64,000 nt of DNA from Eledone cirrhosa (taxonomy: Eukaryota), in contig OZ024752.1 in the NCBI GenBank assembly GCA_964016885.1, forward strand, positions 39,432,001 through 39,496,000, given 5' to 3'. Below the pieces are notes generated by a model. The model did not search any database. It was not told the DNA's origin and saw only the letters and a program-made list of their open reading frames with translations. A program made the translations under genes and the position numbers. Positions 27,323-40,192 of this stretch are shown here, in pieces; the first letter of the stretch is position 1; each line of letters opens with the position of its first letter.

Positions 27323-28422
27323 CTGAAAAAGAAACAGGAGAAAATACATAGCAGTAACATCACATCATATCATCATCATCATCATCATAATCATAATCAT
27401 TTTACATCCGCTTTTCCCTGCTTGCAAGGGTGGGACGGGTCCTCTTCAGCACAGCATATCTCCATTCATCTCAGTCCTTCATCATCTCCTCCATGAGCTT
27501 CAGCGATCTGAGGTCGGCTCTCACTACCTCCGCCCATGATTTTTGTGGTCTTCCTCTACTGCGTCTTCCTTCTACTTGGATTTCTTGGCACTTCTTTACC
27601 CATCGGTCATCCTCCATGCACATCACGTGTCCATACCAACGCAGTCTTCTCTCCTGCACACCACAGCTTATCCCTCTTATACAGTTTCTCTCTCAATTCA
27701 TCTATGCTTGGTCGTTCACACACATTGACATTGCACATCCAACAGAGCATACTTGCTTCATTTCTCAACAGCCATTGCATATCCTTCACAGTTGCTGCCA
27801 TGTCTCACTATAATGCGATGTTCATACAATAGTCTACATCTACATATAAAGAGGTAAGGAGTAGAGACCCCCCCCCCCCCTTTCAGTCACAAATGACCTA
27901 GAAACTTCCCCTCTGAGAGACAAGCCTGGGCAAGGTTTGTTTTGTGGAAGACCAGCAGTTGCCCATGGATACCAGCCTCCCCTTCTCCACACCACAGATG
28001 TAATCCAAGAGAAAGGCAATGGCCGATACAACTTGGCACCAGTGACATTGCATCTCATTTCTACAGCTGAGTAAACTGGAGCGACGTGAAATAAAGTGTC
28101 TTGCTGGTCTGGGAATTGAACTCACAACTTCTTGATTGCATGCCCAATGTTTTAACCACTAAACCATGTACCTTTACATCTACATACACATTGTACCATC
28201 ATCATTTTTACATTCAGTTTTCCATGCTTGCATAGGCTGAACAGGACCTCTTCGTCATCACTTCGCTGAGTCTCAGCGATTTGAGGTCAGCTCTCACTAC
28301 GTCTGCCCAGGTTTTTCTTAGTCTACCTCTACTGCAGCTTCCTTTCACTAAATGTACAAAATATTTTATAATGTATCTCCAAAAAAAATTTTAAATTGAA
28401 ATATATATATTTCTATACTGAC

Positions 28423-28506
28423 CTTGTGGCTATCCTAACCAGGAACTTACAAAATCTGAACAACCATTTTCCAAACATTTTCTTCTCATTTTCATTAAGA
28501 AATTCA
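28423..28506 (-). CDS. PRKDC: DNA-PKcs exon 18 (EFLNENEKKMFGKWLFRF...)
   Basis: AG/GTCAGT, phase 2-2 consistent. Confidence 0.88.
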
Positions 28507-28720
28507 CTAAAAAAAATACAATTGTTATTTTTTAATCACTAAAAACAACAAAAATATTTGGGGATCATATTAAATGTTTTTCTCATATTTAGAAAAATAT
28601 GTTAGACAGAAAAGAATAAATGATAAATGAGAAATATAGAGAAAGAAAAATATCAACTTCTTTTGATCCTTTTTATATTTGTTAGTTCAAGACAGATGTT
28701 CAATCTCATAGATTTGATAT

Positions 28721-29096
28721 TATGTGAGATAATTATGTAAGGTAAGGTCTTTACCACGAAAATACAATAGTAAATATAGAATAATGTAAATGCTATGTGA
28801 GATAATTATGTAAGGTAAAGCCTTTACCATGAAAATACAATAGTAAATATAGAGTAATGTAAATGCTATGTGAGATAATTATGTAAGGTAAAGCCTTTAC
28901 CATGAAAATACAATAGTAAATATAGAGTAATGTAAATGCTATGTGAGATAATTATGTAAGGTAAAGCCTTTACCATGAAAATACAATAGTAAATATAGAG
29001 TAATGTAAATGCTATGTGAGATAATTATGTAAGATAAAGCCTTTACCATGAAAATACAATAGTAAATATAGCGTAATGTAAATGCTAAAGGGTTAA
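28721..29096. repeat. 73-bp tandem repeat from the piggyBac MITE arm, about 5 units
   Basis: Ends in the AAAGGGTTAA TIR. Confidence 0.9.
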
Positions 29097-29256
29097 GGCA
29101 GTTTGGTATAAAAAAGGTTAACTTGAATTGCAGCATTGAAATTAAATAATTGGGGTAACCATAAAACATATTCTCCGACACTCTACTGATCTGCCAATTC
29201 ACTGCCCTGAAAGAATCCATAACAACAACAGTTTAAGAAAAAAATTGTTGAATTAC

Positions 29257-29387
29257 CAGCAAAAATTGACGATATTGTAAAAGACCTGGTGATCTTGAAC
29301 ACAATTGAGTTTGATGTCATACACAGGATCTGCTGATACAGTAGGTGACTCCATAGAAGATGTACTGCTGGTTGAAGGTTGAGTAAC
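29257..29387 (-). CDS. PRKDC: DNA-PKcs exon 17 (...SADPVYD...FYNIVNFC)
   Basis: AG/GT; resembles human TSDPAAN...FINLVEFC. Confidence 0.9.
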
Positions 29388-29489
29388 CTAATAGAAATAG
29401 AGCATTTGAAAAAAAATTATCTACTTAAACAATTTGCAACACACCAAATATTTCACAAGATGCTTTTTTTTTTTGATGAAATTCTAGAC

Positions 29490-29806
29490 CAGGGGCGTGC
29501 AACAGGCAGCTCGTGGGCCACAATCCGGCCTGCCAGACCAGTCAGAGTGGCCCGCGATGACTATTTGTAATTTTTACCTTGTAGGATTATTTAGAATTTT
29601 TTTTCGTAACTATAATACAATTTTCTGTTAGTTGACCTATACTAAAGGGCTTCACTGATAAGTTTATGTGTGTTATAATTTCCCAGCCCCATGTTATGGA
29701 AATAAGTTGTGAATCTTTGGAATAGTGCTTAATAAATATTAATGGCCCTAATAGATTTTCCAATGTTTAAAAGTGGCCCGCCAATGGAATATGTTACACA
29801 CCCCTA
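29490..29806. mobile_element. hAT-type MITE
   Basis: CAGGGG...CCCCTA ends; 8-bp TSD ttctagac/ctctagac. Confidence 0.75.
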
Positions 29807-31169
29807 CTCTAGACCCTATAGAGCAAAGATCGCCTTTAGTCCCAAATGACCATTAGATTTGTACCTAGAAAGTTTCTCTTCTGAGCCATTGATGTTGTCC
29901 AAGGTAAAGGCAATGGCCGATACAGTTTAGCATCAGTGACATCACAATTAATATATACACTGTATATACAGAGGATATGCGACGGCTGGAGAGAAATGAG
30001 GCAAGCATGCTCCGTTGGATGTGCAGTGTAAATGTGCGTGAATGACCCAGCATGAATGTGTTGAGAGAGAAACTGTGTCTGAGAGGCATAGAATGTAGTG
30101 TACGGGAGAGGAGACTGAGGTGGTATGGACATGTGATGCGCATGGAGGATGACCGATGGGTGAAGAAGTGCCGGGAAATGCCAGTTGAAGGAAGACGTGG
30201 TAGAGGTAGACCATGAAAAACATGGGCGGAAGTGGTGAGAACAGACCTCAGATCGCTGAAGATGACGAAGGACCGTGACGAGTGGAGAGATGCTGTGCTG
30301 AATAAGACCCGTCCCACCCTTGCAAGCAGGGAAAGCGGACGTAAAATGATGATGATGATGATGATGATACACTATAATATACATCAAAGACCCCCTTTAG
30401 TCCCAAATGACCATTAGATTTTCACCTAGAAAGTTTCTCTGCTGAGCCACTGATGTTGTCCAAGGTAAAGGCAATGGCCGATACAGTTTAGCATCAGTGA
30501 CATCACAATTAATATATACACTGTATATATACTATAATATACATCGAAGACCCCCTTCGGTCACGAATGACCATGTGATTTGCACCTAGAAAGTTTCCCT
30601 CCGAGGCACAAGTCTGGGCAAGGTTGTTTGTGGAAGACCAGCAGTCACCCATGCATACCAGTCTCCCCTATCCACGCCACCGATGATGTCCAAGAGAAAG
30701 GCTATGGCTGATACAGCTTGACACCTGTGATATCGCAACTCATTTCTACAGCTGAGTAAACTCGAGCAACGTGAAATAAAGTGTCTTGCTCAAGCACACA
30801 ACGCATAACCCTGTCTGAGAATCAAACTCAGAACCTTTCGATTGCAAGCCCAATGCTGTAGCCACTAAGCCATGCACTTTCACATCTACATTTACACTCT
30901 AACCACTAAGCTAAGAACATTTAGAAAGGGATGTAAAAGTTGAGGCAATGAAGAAGAAAATTAAAAATAAAATGAGAGAAAAATAGGAGATGATAAATAA
31001 AGTGAAAGTTAAGTTTGGAAGCCCAACACTGACATGTTAAATGCTAGGCCCAGCTTGGGCTATATATACAGATACACAAGAGCCATTTTCAAAACATTGT
31101 TTAAAATACACAATGCCTATTTTGCAGCATTTATTGTGAACTATAAATTAACCCTTTCATGACCATATT

Positions 31170-31555
31170 CTAGAAAGTGTTCAAATACCTGAAGACCTAC
31201 TCTAGAAAGTGTTCAAATACTTGAAGACCTACACTAGAAAGTGCTCAACTACATGAAGACCTACTCAAGAAAGTGTTCAAATACCCAAAGACCTACTCTA
31301 GAAAGTGTTCAAATAACTGAAGACCTACTCTAGAAAGTGTTCAACTACATGAAGACCTACTCTAGAAAGTGTTCAAATACCCAAAGACCTACTCTAGAAA
31401 GTGTTCAAATACCCAAAGACCTACTCTAGAAAGTGTTCAACTACATGAAGACCTACTCTAGAAAGTGTTCAACTAGCTGAAGACCTACTCTAGAAAGTGT
31501 TCAAATACCCAAAGACCTACTCTAGAAAGTGTTCAACTACCTGAAAACCTACTCT
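31170..31555. repeat. 32-bp minisatellite, about 12 units
   Basis: ctagaaagtgttcaaatacccaaagacctact. Confidence 0.92.
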
Positions 31556-31600
31556 AAAACGTGAAATTATGTAAGGAGGGCAGAAAAAGATGGAACTTAC

Positions 31601-31738
31601 CAGACCTTCTGAGATATTTGTGTTAACAGTCAAGTCAAGTGACTCAATAATATGAATTACAGAGGAAAGTATCTCATCATAAAGTAGCACTGTGAGTTTT
31701 TCACGATCACTGAAGCTATAGCCAAAGGTAGAGAGTTC
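31601..31738 (-). CDS. PRKDC: DNA-PKcs exon 16 (...LLYDEILSSVIHIIESLDLT...)
   Basis: AG/GTAAGT; resembles human [20 protein letters not shown]. Confidence 0.94.
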
Positions 31739-32529
31739 CTAGAAATACAAAATAGATATGACAGAGAAATTTGTAGACAACCTTATTTTATTCTTTCCAT
31801 TCTTCTTTTAGTGGTTTCAATCTAGTAAGAACTACAACCATACCATAGTTCCAACATCAAAAATGTTGGTCTTGTGTCAATGTCTAATTGCAAAGCAGAC
31901 ATTAACATAAAGGAAGATAAATTAATACTACAGGATATTTATGTTTTAATATACTGATTCTCACCCAACTCTGATACAAAAATACATAGACATATATGAT
32001 GGGCTCCCATACAGTCTTAATATACCGATTCTCACCCAAATCAGATACAAAAATATAAATACATATATGATGGACTCCATAGCGTTAAATATACCAATTC
32101 TCACCCAACTCTGATACAAAAATATATACACATATATGATAAGCTCTCATCCAAAGTGCTACAAAGTGAAATCATACCTGGAAGTACATGGTTACAAAGT
32201 AAATTTCTTAACCACACATCTATGTTTGCAACCATGAAACAAATATTAAAGAAACATTATATATAAAAATTCACATAAACATAACAGTGTAAAAATAGTT
32301 TGCAAATTTGGTGTGATAATCCCCCCCCCCCCCCAAAAAAAAAACATTGAGCCTCCCAATCAAAGAAATCATCATCAGCGTTTTATGTCAATATTTCGAC
32401 ACTAGCATGGATTAGACAGGTTGTCCTGTTGTGGGCAATGCCAGGTCAGGTGACCATGTCTTGCTCATACAGGAACTGATTCTGACTTGATTTCTACAGC
32501 TGGATGCCCTTCCTAACACCAACCTCATT

Positions 32530-32970
32530 TACAGTGTGGACTGGGTGTTTTTTTGTTGTGACACCTACATGGCGACTTTACAGTGTGGACTGGGTGCTTT
32601 TTGTTGTGACACCTACATGGCCACTTTACAGCGTGGACTGGGTGCTTTTTGTCGTGACACCGACATGGCCACTTTACAGTGTGGACTGGGTGCTTTTTGT
32701 CGTGACACCTACATGGCCACTTTACAGTGTGGACTGGGTGCTTTTTGTCGGGACACCTACATGGCCATTTTACAGTGTGGACTGGGTGCTTTTTGTCGGG
32801 ACACCTACATGACCACTTTACAGTGTGGACTGGGTGCTTTTTGTCGGGACACCTACATGGCCACTTTACAGTGTGGACTGGGTGCTTTTTGTTGTGACAC
32901 CTACATGGCCACTTTACAGCGTGGACTGGGTGCTTTTTGTTGTGACACCTACATGGCCACTTTACAGTGG
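32530..32970. repeat. 51-bp tandem repeat inside a SINE
   Basis: tttacagtgtggactgggtgctttttgtcgtgacacctacatggccac-type units. Confidence 0.9.
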
Positions 32971-33081
32971 GAGGGGCACGGGGGTATATTGTCTATATGC
33001 TTCAGCTTCGGCTCGTACCCGAAAAAAAAAGAAAAAATTATATAAAAAGATCAAAAGGAATTCTTCAAAAATTTTTTTTAC

Positions 33082-33236
33082 CTTATGAGAAGAACTTTTA
33101 AGTAAATCTGACCATAGAGATATATAATCTCTATAAGAGATTTCCTTTTTAATACCCCACACACTGAAGGGTTTTGAAGGCTGTTCTACTTTTAAAGCAG
33201 TAGCATGACAACTCATTCGTAGAATACCTTGGTATA
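33082..33236 (-). CDS. PRKDC: DNA-PKcs exon 15 (VYQGILRMSC...SYRDYISLW...)
   Basis: AG/GT; resembles human VHQGLIRICS and TYKDYVDLF. Confidence 0.93.
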
Positions 33237-34061
33237 CTAAAATAGGGAAAGGAAAATATTTTACAATTAATAACATTTTATGATGAGGAAAATGTGGTTG
33301 TTGTTATTGATGTATGAAAAAATAAAAATACAATGACCTTGATAAAGCTTTCAATGCACAGCAATAGAACATATTCTATTACAGGTATACAAGCATATTT
33401 AGTCTTGCTGTGAAGACTATTTTGGGTAAAATAAATAAATAGCAATGTTCTCTACATTTAGCTGCTTACTGCTTCTGTGCATCTACCACATATAAATCTT
33501 ACACTCTTTGCAAGCCTGCCAGAGATTCCATTACATATCTTGTGTATCCATAGTTTGCATTTGGGACATACAATGGAATTTCACCCACTTCTTTCCTACA
33601 CACTGAGCAAGGCCATTTCCCTGAAGGGATCAAGGCAAATTAGTTAAAATGTCAGAAACCTGATTCTAAGGATCACAAAGCCAACCTTTGTTGCTAGTAA
33701 TTATGTCCATCAGAAAGACACATTACTTAAGTTGCCTCAACATATATTAGAAAAGGAGTTGAAATTCTTTTTCTAAATGTTTATTCCAACAATATATTTA
33801 TTCTCTCCATACCTCACAGGAGGTGTATTTATGAGCTCACAAAAGAATCTCTAATTGGTAGCTTGACTTGCTTCAAAATTAATAATCTCTAGGAAATTAG
33901 ATCCAACTATCTTAAATAAGAAAAGGATATAATAGATGTTATCCTAAACATATCCCATAGAAGATGAAATCATCATGGCTAAAATACCTTTTATAGGTCT
34001 GCTTGATCAGTGATGATCAATAACATTTACTTGTATTTAGAAACATAGAAAAGGAATGTAC

Positions 34062-34230
34062 CTGTTCCTCTCAAAATTTCACGAAGCTGAGTCTCTTTGG
34101 GCATTAATGCTAGAAATACTTTCAAAATGGCCCTCACACATTTGAAATGGTACTTGATATATACTTGTGGGAAGTTCTCAACCATGAAAACTAATAGATG
34201 TTCAACAGTCTTCAAAGATTCATCAGATAT
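34062..34230 (-). CDS. PRKDC: DNA-PKcs exon 14 (ISDESLKTVEHLL...RAILKVFLAL...)
   Basis: AG/GT; resembles human CRAIVKVFLAL. Confidence 0.95.
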
Positions 34231-35480
34231 CTGCAATATTTAAAAGAAACTGGTAGTGTGTAAGGTATATTATTGATAGGGCTGTGAATTGGCAGTATCG
34301 GTAGAGCGTCAGACACCATGCTTTGAAGCTTAGAGTTATGGCCCTTTACGTTCTGAGTTCAAATGCCACCGGGTTTAACTGTGCCTTTTATCCTTACGGG
34401 GTCGATAAAATAAAGTACCAGTAATACACTGGTGTAATTGCTGGTCTTGTGCCAAACGTAGAAACAATTATTATGACCATCAATGGTGGTGGATTGACAG
34501 TATTGGTAGAGCGTCAGACATCATACTTTGCGGCATAGTGTTATGGCCCTTTACGTTCTGAGTTCAAATGCCACCGATGTTAACTTTGCCTTTCATCCTT
34601 ACGGGGTCGATAAAATAAAGTACCAGTAATGCAGTGGTGTAATTTCTGGCCTTGTGCCAAATGTAGAAACAATTATTGATGTTACTCTGAGAACACACAC
34701 ACGTGAATATAGACAGGTACTTTTTTTTTTATCGACCTTAAATGAATGAAAGGTAAAGTTGACCTTGGTGGTATTTGAACTTAGAGAGCAGAGATTCGGA
34801 ATGAATACTGCAAAGCATTCTATCCAACATTCTAACAACTCTGCCAATTTGCAGCCCTGCCCTCGTCCATTGTGAATGTTTATTTGGCTGATCTTAAGAA
34901 AAATGAGTAAAGGGAATATGGGATTAAATAAAAATTGAACTCAAGACATAGAGGTACCAAAGAATAGTGTTCTAATGACTTGGTCATCAACACTATGGTT
35001 TCAGAAGAATCAGAAAGAAGCAATATCAAATTGTCGAACTATCAATACTACATTAACAATTCAATAAGAAAGGTATCAATGAAAGTAATTTAACCCTTTA
35101 GCATTTAATCCGGCCAGTCATTCAAACTGGCCATAACTCGCTGTTCATACTGATGTTAAGGTATTGTTCTCAAAATAGATAATATCAAAATCTCAGATTC
35201 GATATCATGTCAGGTAAAGCCTTTACCATGAAAATATGATAGTAAATATGGTAAAGCCTTTACCATGAAAATATGATAGTAAATATGGTAAAGCCCTTAC
35301 CATGAAAATATAATAGTAAATATAGAGTTATATAAAGGGTTAAGAAAGAAAATTAGTTAAATAAAGAATTACATTTTATAAATTTAATAAAAAGTTAATG
35401 AGAGTAAAATAAATAAAAAAAAAAAAAATTTCAATGTTGTTGTCATTGATAATTAAAAGATATATAACATAATTACTTAC

Positions 35481-35565
35481 ATAATCAACTTCTTTAAGGA
35501 TGCTTGATAGAGCTTCTAAATAACCAGTTAAGCTATACAGTTGGTCATGAGAGTTGTCAGAATTT
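35481..35565 (-). CDS. PRKDC: DNA-PKcs exon 13 (...DQLYSLTGYLEALSSILKEVDY)
   Basis: AG/GTAAGT, phase 2-0 consistent. Confidence 0.9.
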
Positions 35566-35788
35566 CTACAGATTTAGATAGAGATGTAACAGAATATAGT
35601 ACACATCAATATATATATATATTAATAATAATAATAATGATTTCTTTATTCAATAATAATAACAGTAATAATAAATGTGAAGACTAAAATCCGAAGATCC
35701 TGTTAAGGGTGAAAGCAGCGATTCTTTGCTTAAACTTTAATCTGTTCTTATAATAAATATATATATATATGTGTATATATATATACAT

Positions 35789-36223
35789 ACATCATCATCA
35801 TCATCATCATTTTATGTCCGCTTTTCCCTGCTTGCAAGGGTGGGACGGGTCTTATTCTGCACAGCATCTCTCCACTCGTCACGGTCCTTCGTCATCTCCA
35901 CCGTGAGCTTCAATGATCTGAGGTCTGTTCTCACCACCTCCGCCCATGTTTTTCGTGGTCTACCTCTACCACGTCTTCCTTCAACTGGCATTTCCTGGCA
36001 CTTCTTCACCCATCGGTCATCCTCCATGTGCATCACATGTCCATACCACCTCAGTCTCCTCTCCCGTACACTACATTCTATCCCTCTCAGACACAGTTTC
36101 TCTCTCAACACATTTATGCTGGGTCGTTCACGCACATTTACACTGCACATCCAACAGAGCATGCTTGCCTCATTTCTCTCCAGCCGTCGCATATCCTCTG
36201 CAGTTGCTGCCCATGTCTCACTA

Positions 36224-36226
<3 letters not shown>
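35789..36226 (-). mobile_element. RTE LINE 3' end, family C
   Basis: YGSETW...RRLRWYGHV...GRPRKTW, (GAT)n tail; copies at 27371-27809 (-), 29968-30367 (+), 55608-55774 (+). Confidence 0.9.
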
Positions 36227-36258
<32 letters not shown>

Positions 36259-36299
36259 CGAAACATAAGTCAATTGCATGAACTCATAATCCGTTATTT

Positions 36300-36355
36300 A
36301 CTGCTATATATATTTCGATGATAGCCATTCAATGGCTATGACCTCATCAGGCAGT
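36300..36355 (-). ncRNA. Minimal type I hammerhead ribozyme (Penelope-type)
   Basis: actgc-CTGATGA-stem II (atagccat/atggctat)-GAAA-tatata-TA-gcagt; complete core, stem I actgc/gcagt. Confidence 0.85.
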
Positions 36356-37994
36356 TAGTCAGTTCTTAGATATGCCAGCTCTGGCATATCTAAGAATTGA
36401 CTTATGTTTCGTCACTATTATAACTCCGGAACTTATATCTTCGTTGAGTGCTCCCTAACCGCATACTGAAATACTGGATTTTACCAACACTTTCTTCCTT
36501 ATATATATATATATATATATAGGAGTAGGCAGACCCAGAAAAACATGGGACAAGCTGATAAATTCCGACCTCACACGCTTACACCTCTCCAAGACAATGT
36601 CACTGGACCGAGACCTTTGGCGGTACTCAGTAATAGAGAAGACCCGCCTTACCTAAATACAAAGTAAAAACCTACTACAGTCAGTAGGCATCTCTATCAA
36701 AACACCCCCCCGTCCCACCACCTCCACCCCATCCACACCGCCCCTTTCAATGTAAAGTTATGTTGGTCCCACAACATCCAGGCCGAAACAAATGAGATCG
36801 TGTAGGTGTCACGACAAAAAAAAAACACACAGTCCACGCTGTAATGTGGCCGTGTAGGCAACACGGTAAAAACCTCCCAGCCCCACACTGTAAATGTGGT
36901 TGGTGTTAGGAAGGGCATCCAGCTGTAGAAAACCCACCAGACAGTCCACACTGTAATGTGGCCGTGTAGGCAACACGGTAAAAACCTCCCAGTCCACACT
37001 GTAAATGTGGTTGGTGTTAGGAAGGGCATCCAGCTGTAGAAAACCCGCCAGACAGTCCTATGTGAGCAAGACAACCACTCTTGCCTCAAGTGGGAAAACC
37101 CCCGTCCAAACCCATGCAAGCGTGGAACACGGACGCTAAACGATGATGATGATGATGATGATGATGATATATATATAAGGGTCATGCTGCTAATAAAAAT
37201 GCATGCACCAGTTGGGGTACACTTCAATATATTATCATAATTTCCCAGACGGTTAGTTTAATAACAGGATGGTTGTTTAGTTGTTGATTGTCTAAGCTCT
37301 TTCTTCACACATCCTGTGACCTCCTCAGTGACTAATTTTGTTGTTACTTTGTGTCTCCTCTTTGTTCTGTTTTATACCATCTTGTCTTTGTGAGTTTTGC
37401 ATCTCACTTACATATAATCCCATGTTCTACCGAGTGCATTTTATCATGACACCAGCACTAGGGTGGTTGCTATACTCTTCTCCATTTGTTTGGCAGGGTC
37501 TTTTTACTGCTGGATGCTCAATCACTTTACAGAGTGTACTGGGTGTGTTTATCATGTAGATCACCCAACACGAGGAAGGTTGTCCTGTCTTTGACACAAC
37601 TTAAGGGTTCTCTTCATCATTTGTGTATTACATATTTTAGGGTCATAATCTGTTAAGAATTGTTTCTTGAATGTTCATTGCATGCATGCATGATCCCATA
37701 ACTCCTAGGGAGTTTATAGGCACCGTATTGACATAGGTTATTTCTAGGGCATTTTTAAAACCTGGCAGAGCTCATCCCTTTCCAGGTCTGAACACAGCAG
37801 ATTTCTTCCAGAGACAGCTAGAGATAGTCAGAAAATAGAAGTGAGAAAGAGATATATTGGAAGAACCAACCCCAGTACATAACTGATACTATTTTTTATA
37901 AATCTCGAAAAGATGAAAGTCAAAGTTCACCTGGGCAGGATTTGGACTCAGAGTGCAGAGAATGAAAATGAATACCACAAAGTATTCTATCCAA

Positions 37995-38030
<36 letters not shown>

Positions 38031-38567
38031 TTTACGTCCGCTTTTCCCTGCTTGTATATATATGTATATATACATATATATACATACACATATATATGTA
38101 TATATATATATATACATCATCATTTCATTTCATTTCACGTCTGCTTTTCCCTGCTTGCAAGGGTGGGACGGGAACTGGTTCTGGCTTGATTTCTACAGCT
38201 GGATGCCCTTCCTAACACCAACCTCATTTACAGTGAGTGCTGGGTGCTTTTTTTGCCGTGGCGCCTCCACGACCACTTTGCAGTGGAATGATAGGGACCC
38301 CAGTCCCTATCATCTCATTTCTACAGCTGAGTAAACTGGAGCAATGTGAAATAAAGTGCCTTGCTCAAGGAAACAACACATCACCCGGTCTTTCGATTGC
38401 AAGGCCAATGCTCTAACCACTAAGCCATGTGCCTCCACAACGCGCTAACAACTCTGCCAATTCATCCCCCTATCAACTATTCAGGGCAAAATTTGAAAAA
38501 GATTGGGGGGGGGGGGGGGAATGATTAAAATAAGAACAATCACATTCAAGTCCAATAACATACTTAC

Positions 38568-38650
38568 TTTTCCAATAAGTGTGTACTATATCCTAACATC
38601 TCTTGAAACATAAAATTCACATCATCTTGTGTATGGAATTTCTTACACGG
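38568..38650 (-). CDS. PRKDC: DNA-PKcs exon 12 (PCKKFHTQDDVNFMFQEM...)
   Basis: AG/GTAAGT; resembles human PCKVINAKDVDFMYVEL. Confidence 0.93.
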
Positions 38651-38817
38651 CTGGAAGAAGAATGAAATATATAAAAATAGCATTGTATTTGCAATCATAT
38701 TCTTTCAGTCACTTGCCAAGATTCATGGCCATAGGTAATGGAGTGGAAATTGTTCAGCTCAGCTAGTAATACTTAAAAATAAAAATAGAAAGGACTAAAA
38801 TTTAATAAGATACTTAC

Positions 38818-38913
38818 ACCAGCTAGAAAGCCATAACATTTGATGGCTACTTCAATTTCCTTCTTCGTAGAATTTTTATTTTTTACTATGTCATTTGACT
38901 TCTTCAGAAAAAA
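38818..38913 (-). CDS. PRKDC: DNA-PKcs exon 11 (...KEIEVAIKCYGFLAG)
   Basis: AG/GTAAGT; resembles human KELSIAIRGYGLFAG. Confidence 0.94.
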
Positions 38914-39008
38914 CTGAAAAAGAGAAATTGAAATATGAGATAACCTGAAATTTTGGAGGGAGGGGCAAACATGAAACTGCAAATTATTATTATTAATTAT
39001 TATCATCA

Positions 39009-40192
39009 CCCGTTTGCGTGGAGAGCTGGGCATGCCGTAGCTGATGATGCGCAAACACGCACTGAGGCTGCGACATCTCTGGTGCTTCTTTGACAGTGAA
39101 CAGGTGTGGTCACCATTTGCCAGACATGTTTTTCCCCAGCTTGTCTCATTAACGGAGCTGCAGTCCTGGATCAGGAAAAGAGCGAGGGATAGTGCTTGGA
39201 AGCTGGAATGTCTCCAAGCGTTCACAGCCTTCTACCAGCTGGGCACTAGTATCGGTGGAACATCCACCTCAGCGTTCTATAGAGGACTAGTGGAGGGGAA
39301 GAGTGACAACGTTCTCGGAGAGACCCTGAGCGTCGAAGACGATCAACTGTTCGCTCTCTTCAAGAGAATTTTCAGCCCGGGGTCTATGGACAACTTCCAG
39401 AAATCCCTGGCCTGGCAGTGCTACCGGGGATCATTGCCAGTTCGAGATAAGCTCTACAAGCATGGAAGTGCCGTCAACCGAATCTCTCCAAGATACACGC
39501 AGAGCGACGAAACCGTTGTGTACGCACTCGTTCAGTGACCGAGCATTGCTGACTTGTGGAGCTAAGTCGAACATTTGTTGTCACGTGTAGGACGGATCCG
39601 GTTATCGACTGAGTCCATTGTGCAGATAGCTCCGCCGTCCTCCTTTAAGGAGGAGGAAGGGCAGGCAGTTTTCATCTGCCTGGTGGCCATGGCGAAAAAG
39701 ATTGTATGGTGGACAAGGTTGAAAGGATTGAAGACGGACACTTTCCTCTTCGGCAAATTCCTGATTTACTTTTTCAAATTTCACTTGAAGAGGAAAATCA
39801 GGGTGGAGAGACAAGTGCTGTCTTCTAGTAAGTTTGTTGAAAGGTGGGTGAAAGTGGCGAGTCTGGTCCGAGTGAACAGGCCCGCTCTGAGTATGCATCT
39901 GTAGACTGAGGAGTGGAAAACTGAGAGAGGGCGCTTGCCCTGGTGGTCAGGGTGGCCGTGGTCTTTTGTGTGGTTTTCGCCACGAGTGACCCTTGGAAGT
40001 TTCACACCTATTGGAGAATTTTTGTTGTTCGAATTTTTTTTTATATTTCTATCTTCTTGTTATAACCTTTTTTCACGGCCAAAACCCACTTTGTATCGTC
40101 CTGTACTGTTCTGTGCCGTCTGTAATGTTTTTCTTCATGTTAGCCCTTGTGGCCAATAAAGAAACCATTATTATCATCATTATTATTATTAT
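39009..40192 (+). mobile_element. L1/Tx1-like LINE 3' fragment (zf-RVT-like region)
   Basis: LAWQCYRGSLPVRDKL...ETV motif (CxxC retained in the 56 kb copy); AATAAA plus (ATT)n. Confidence 0.8.
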
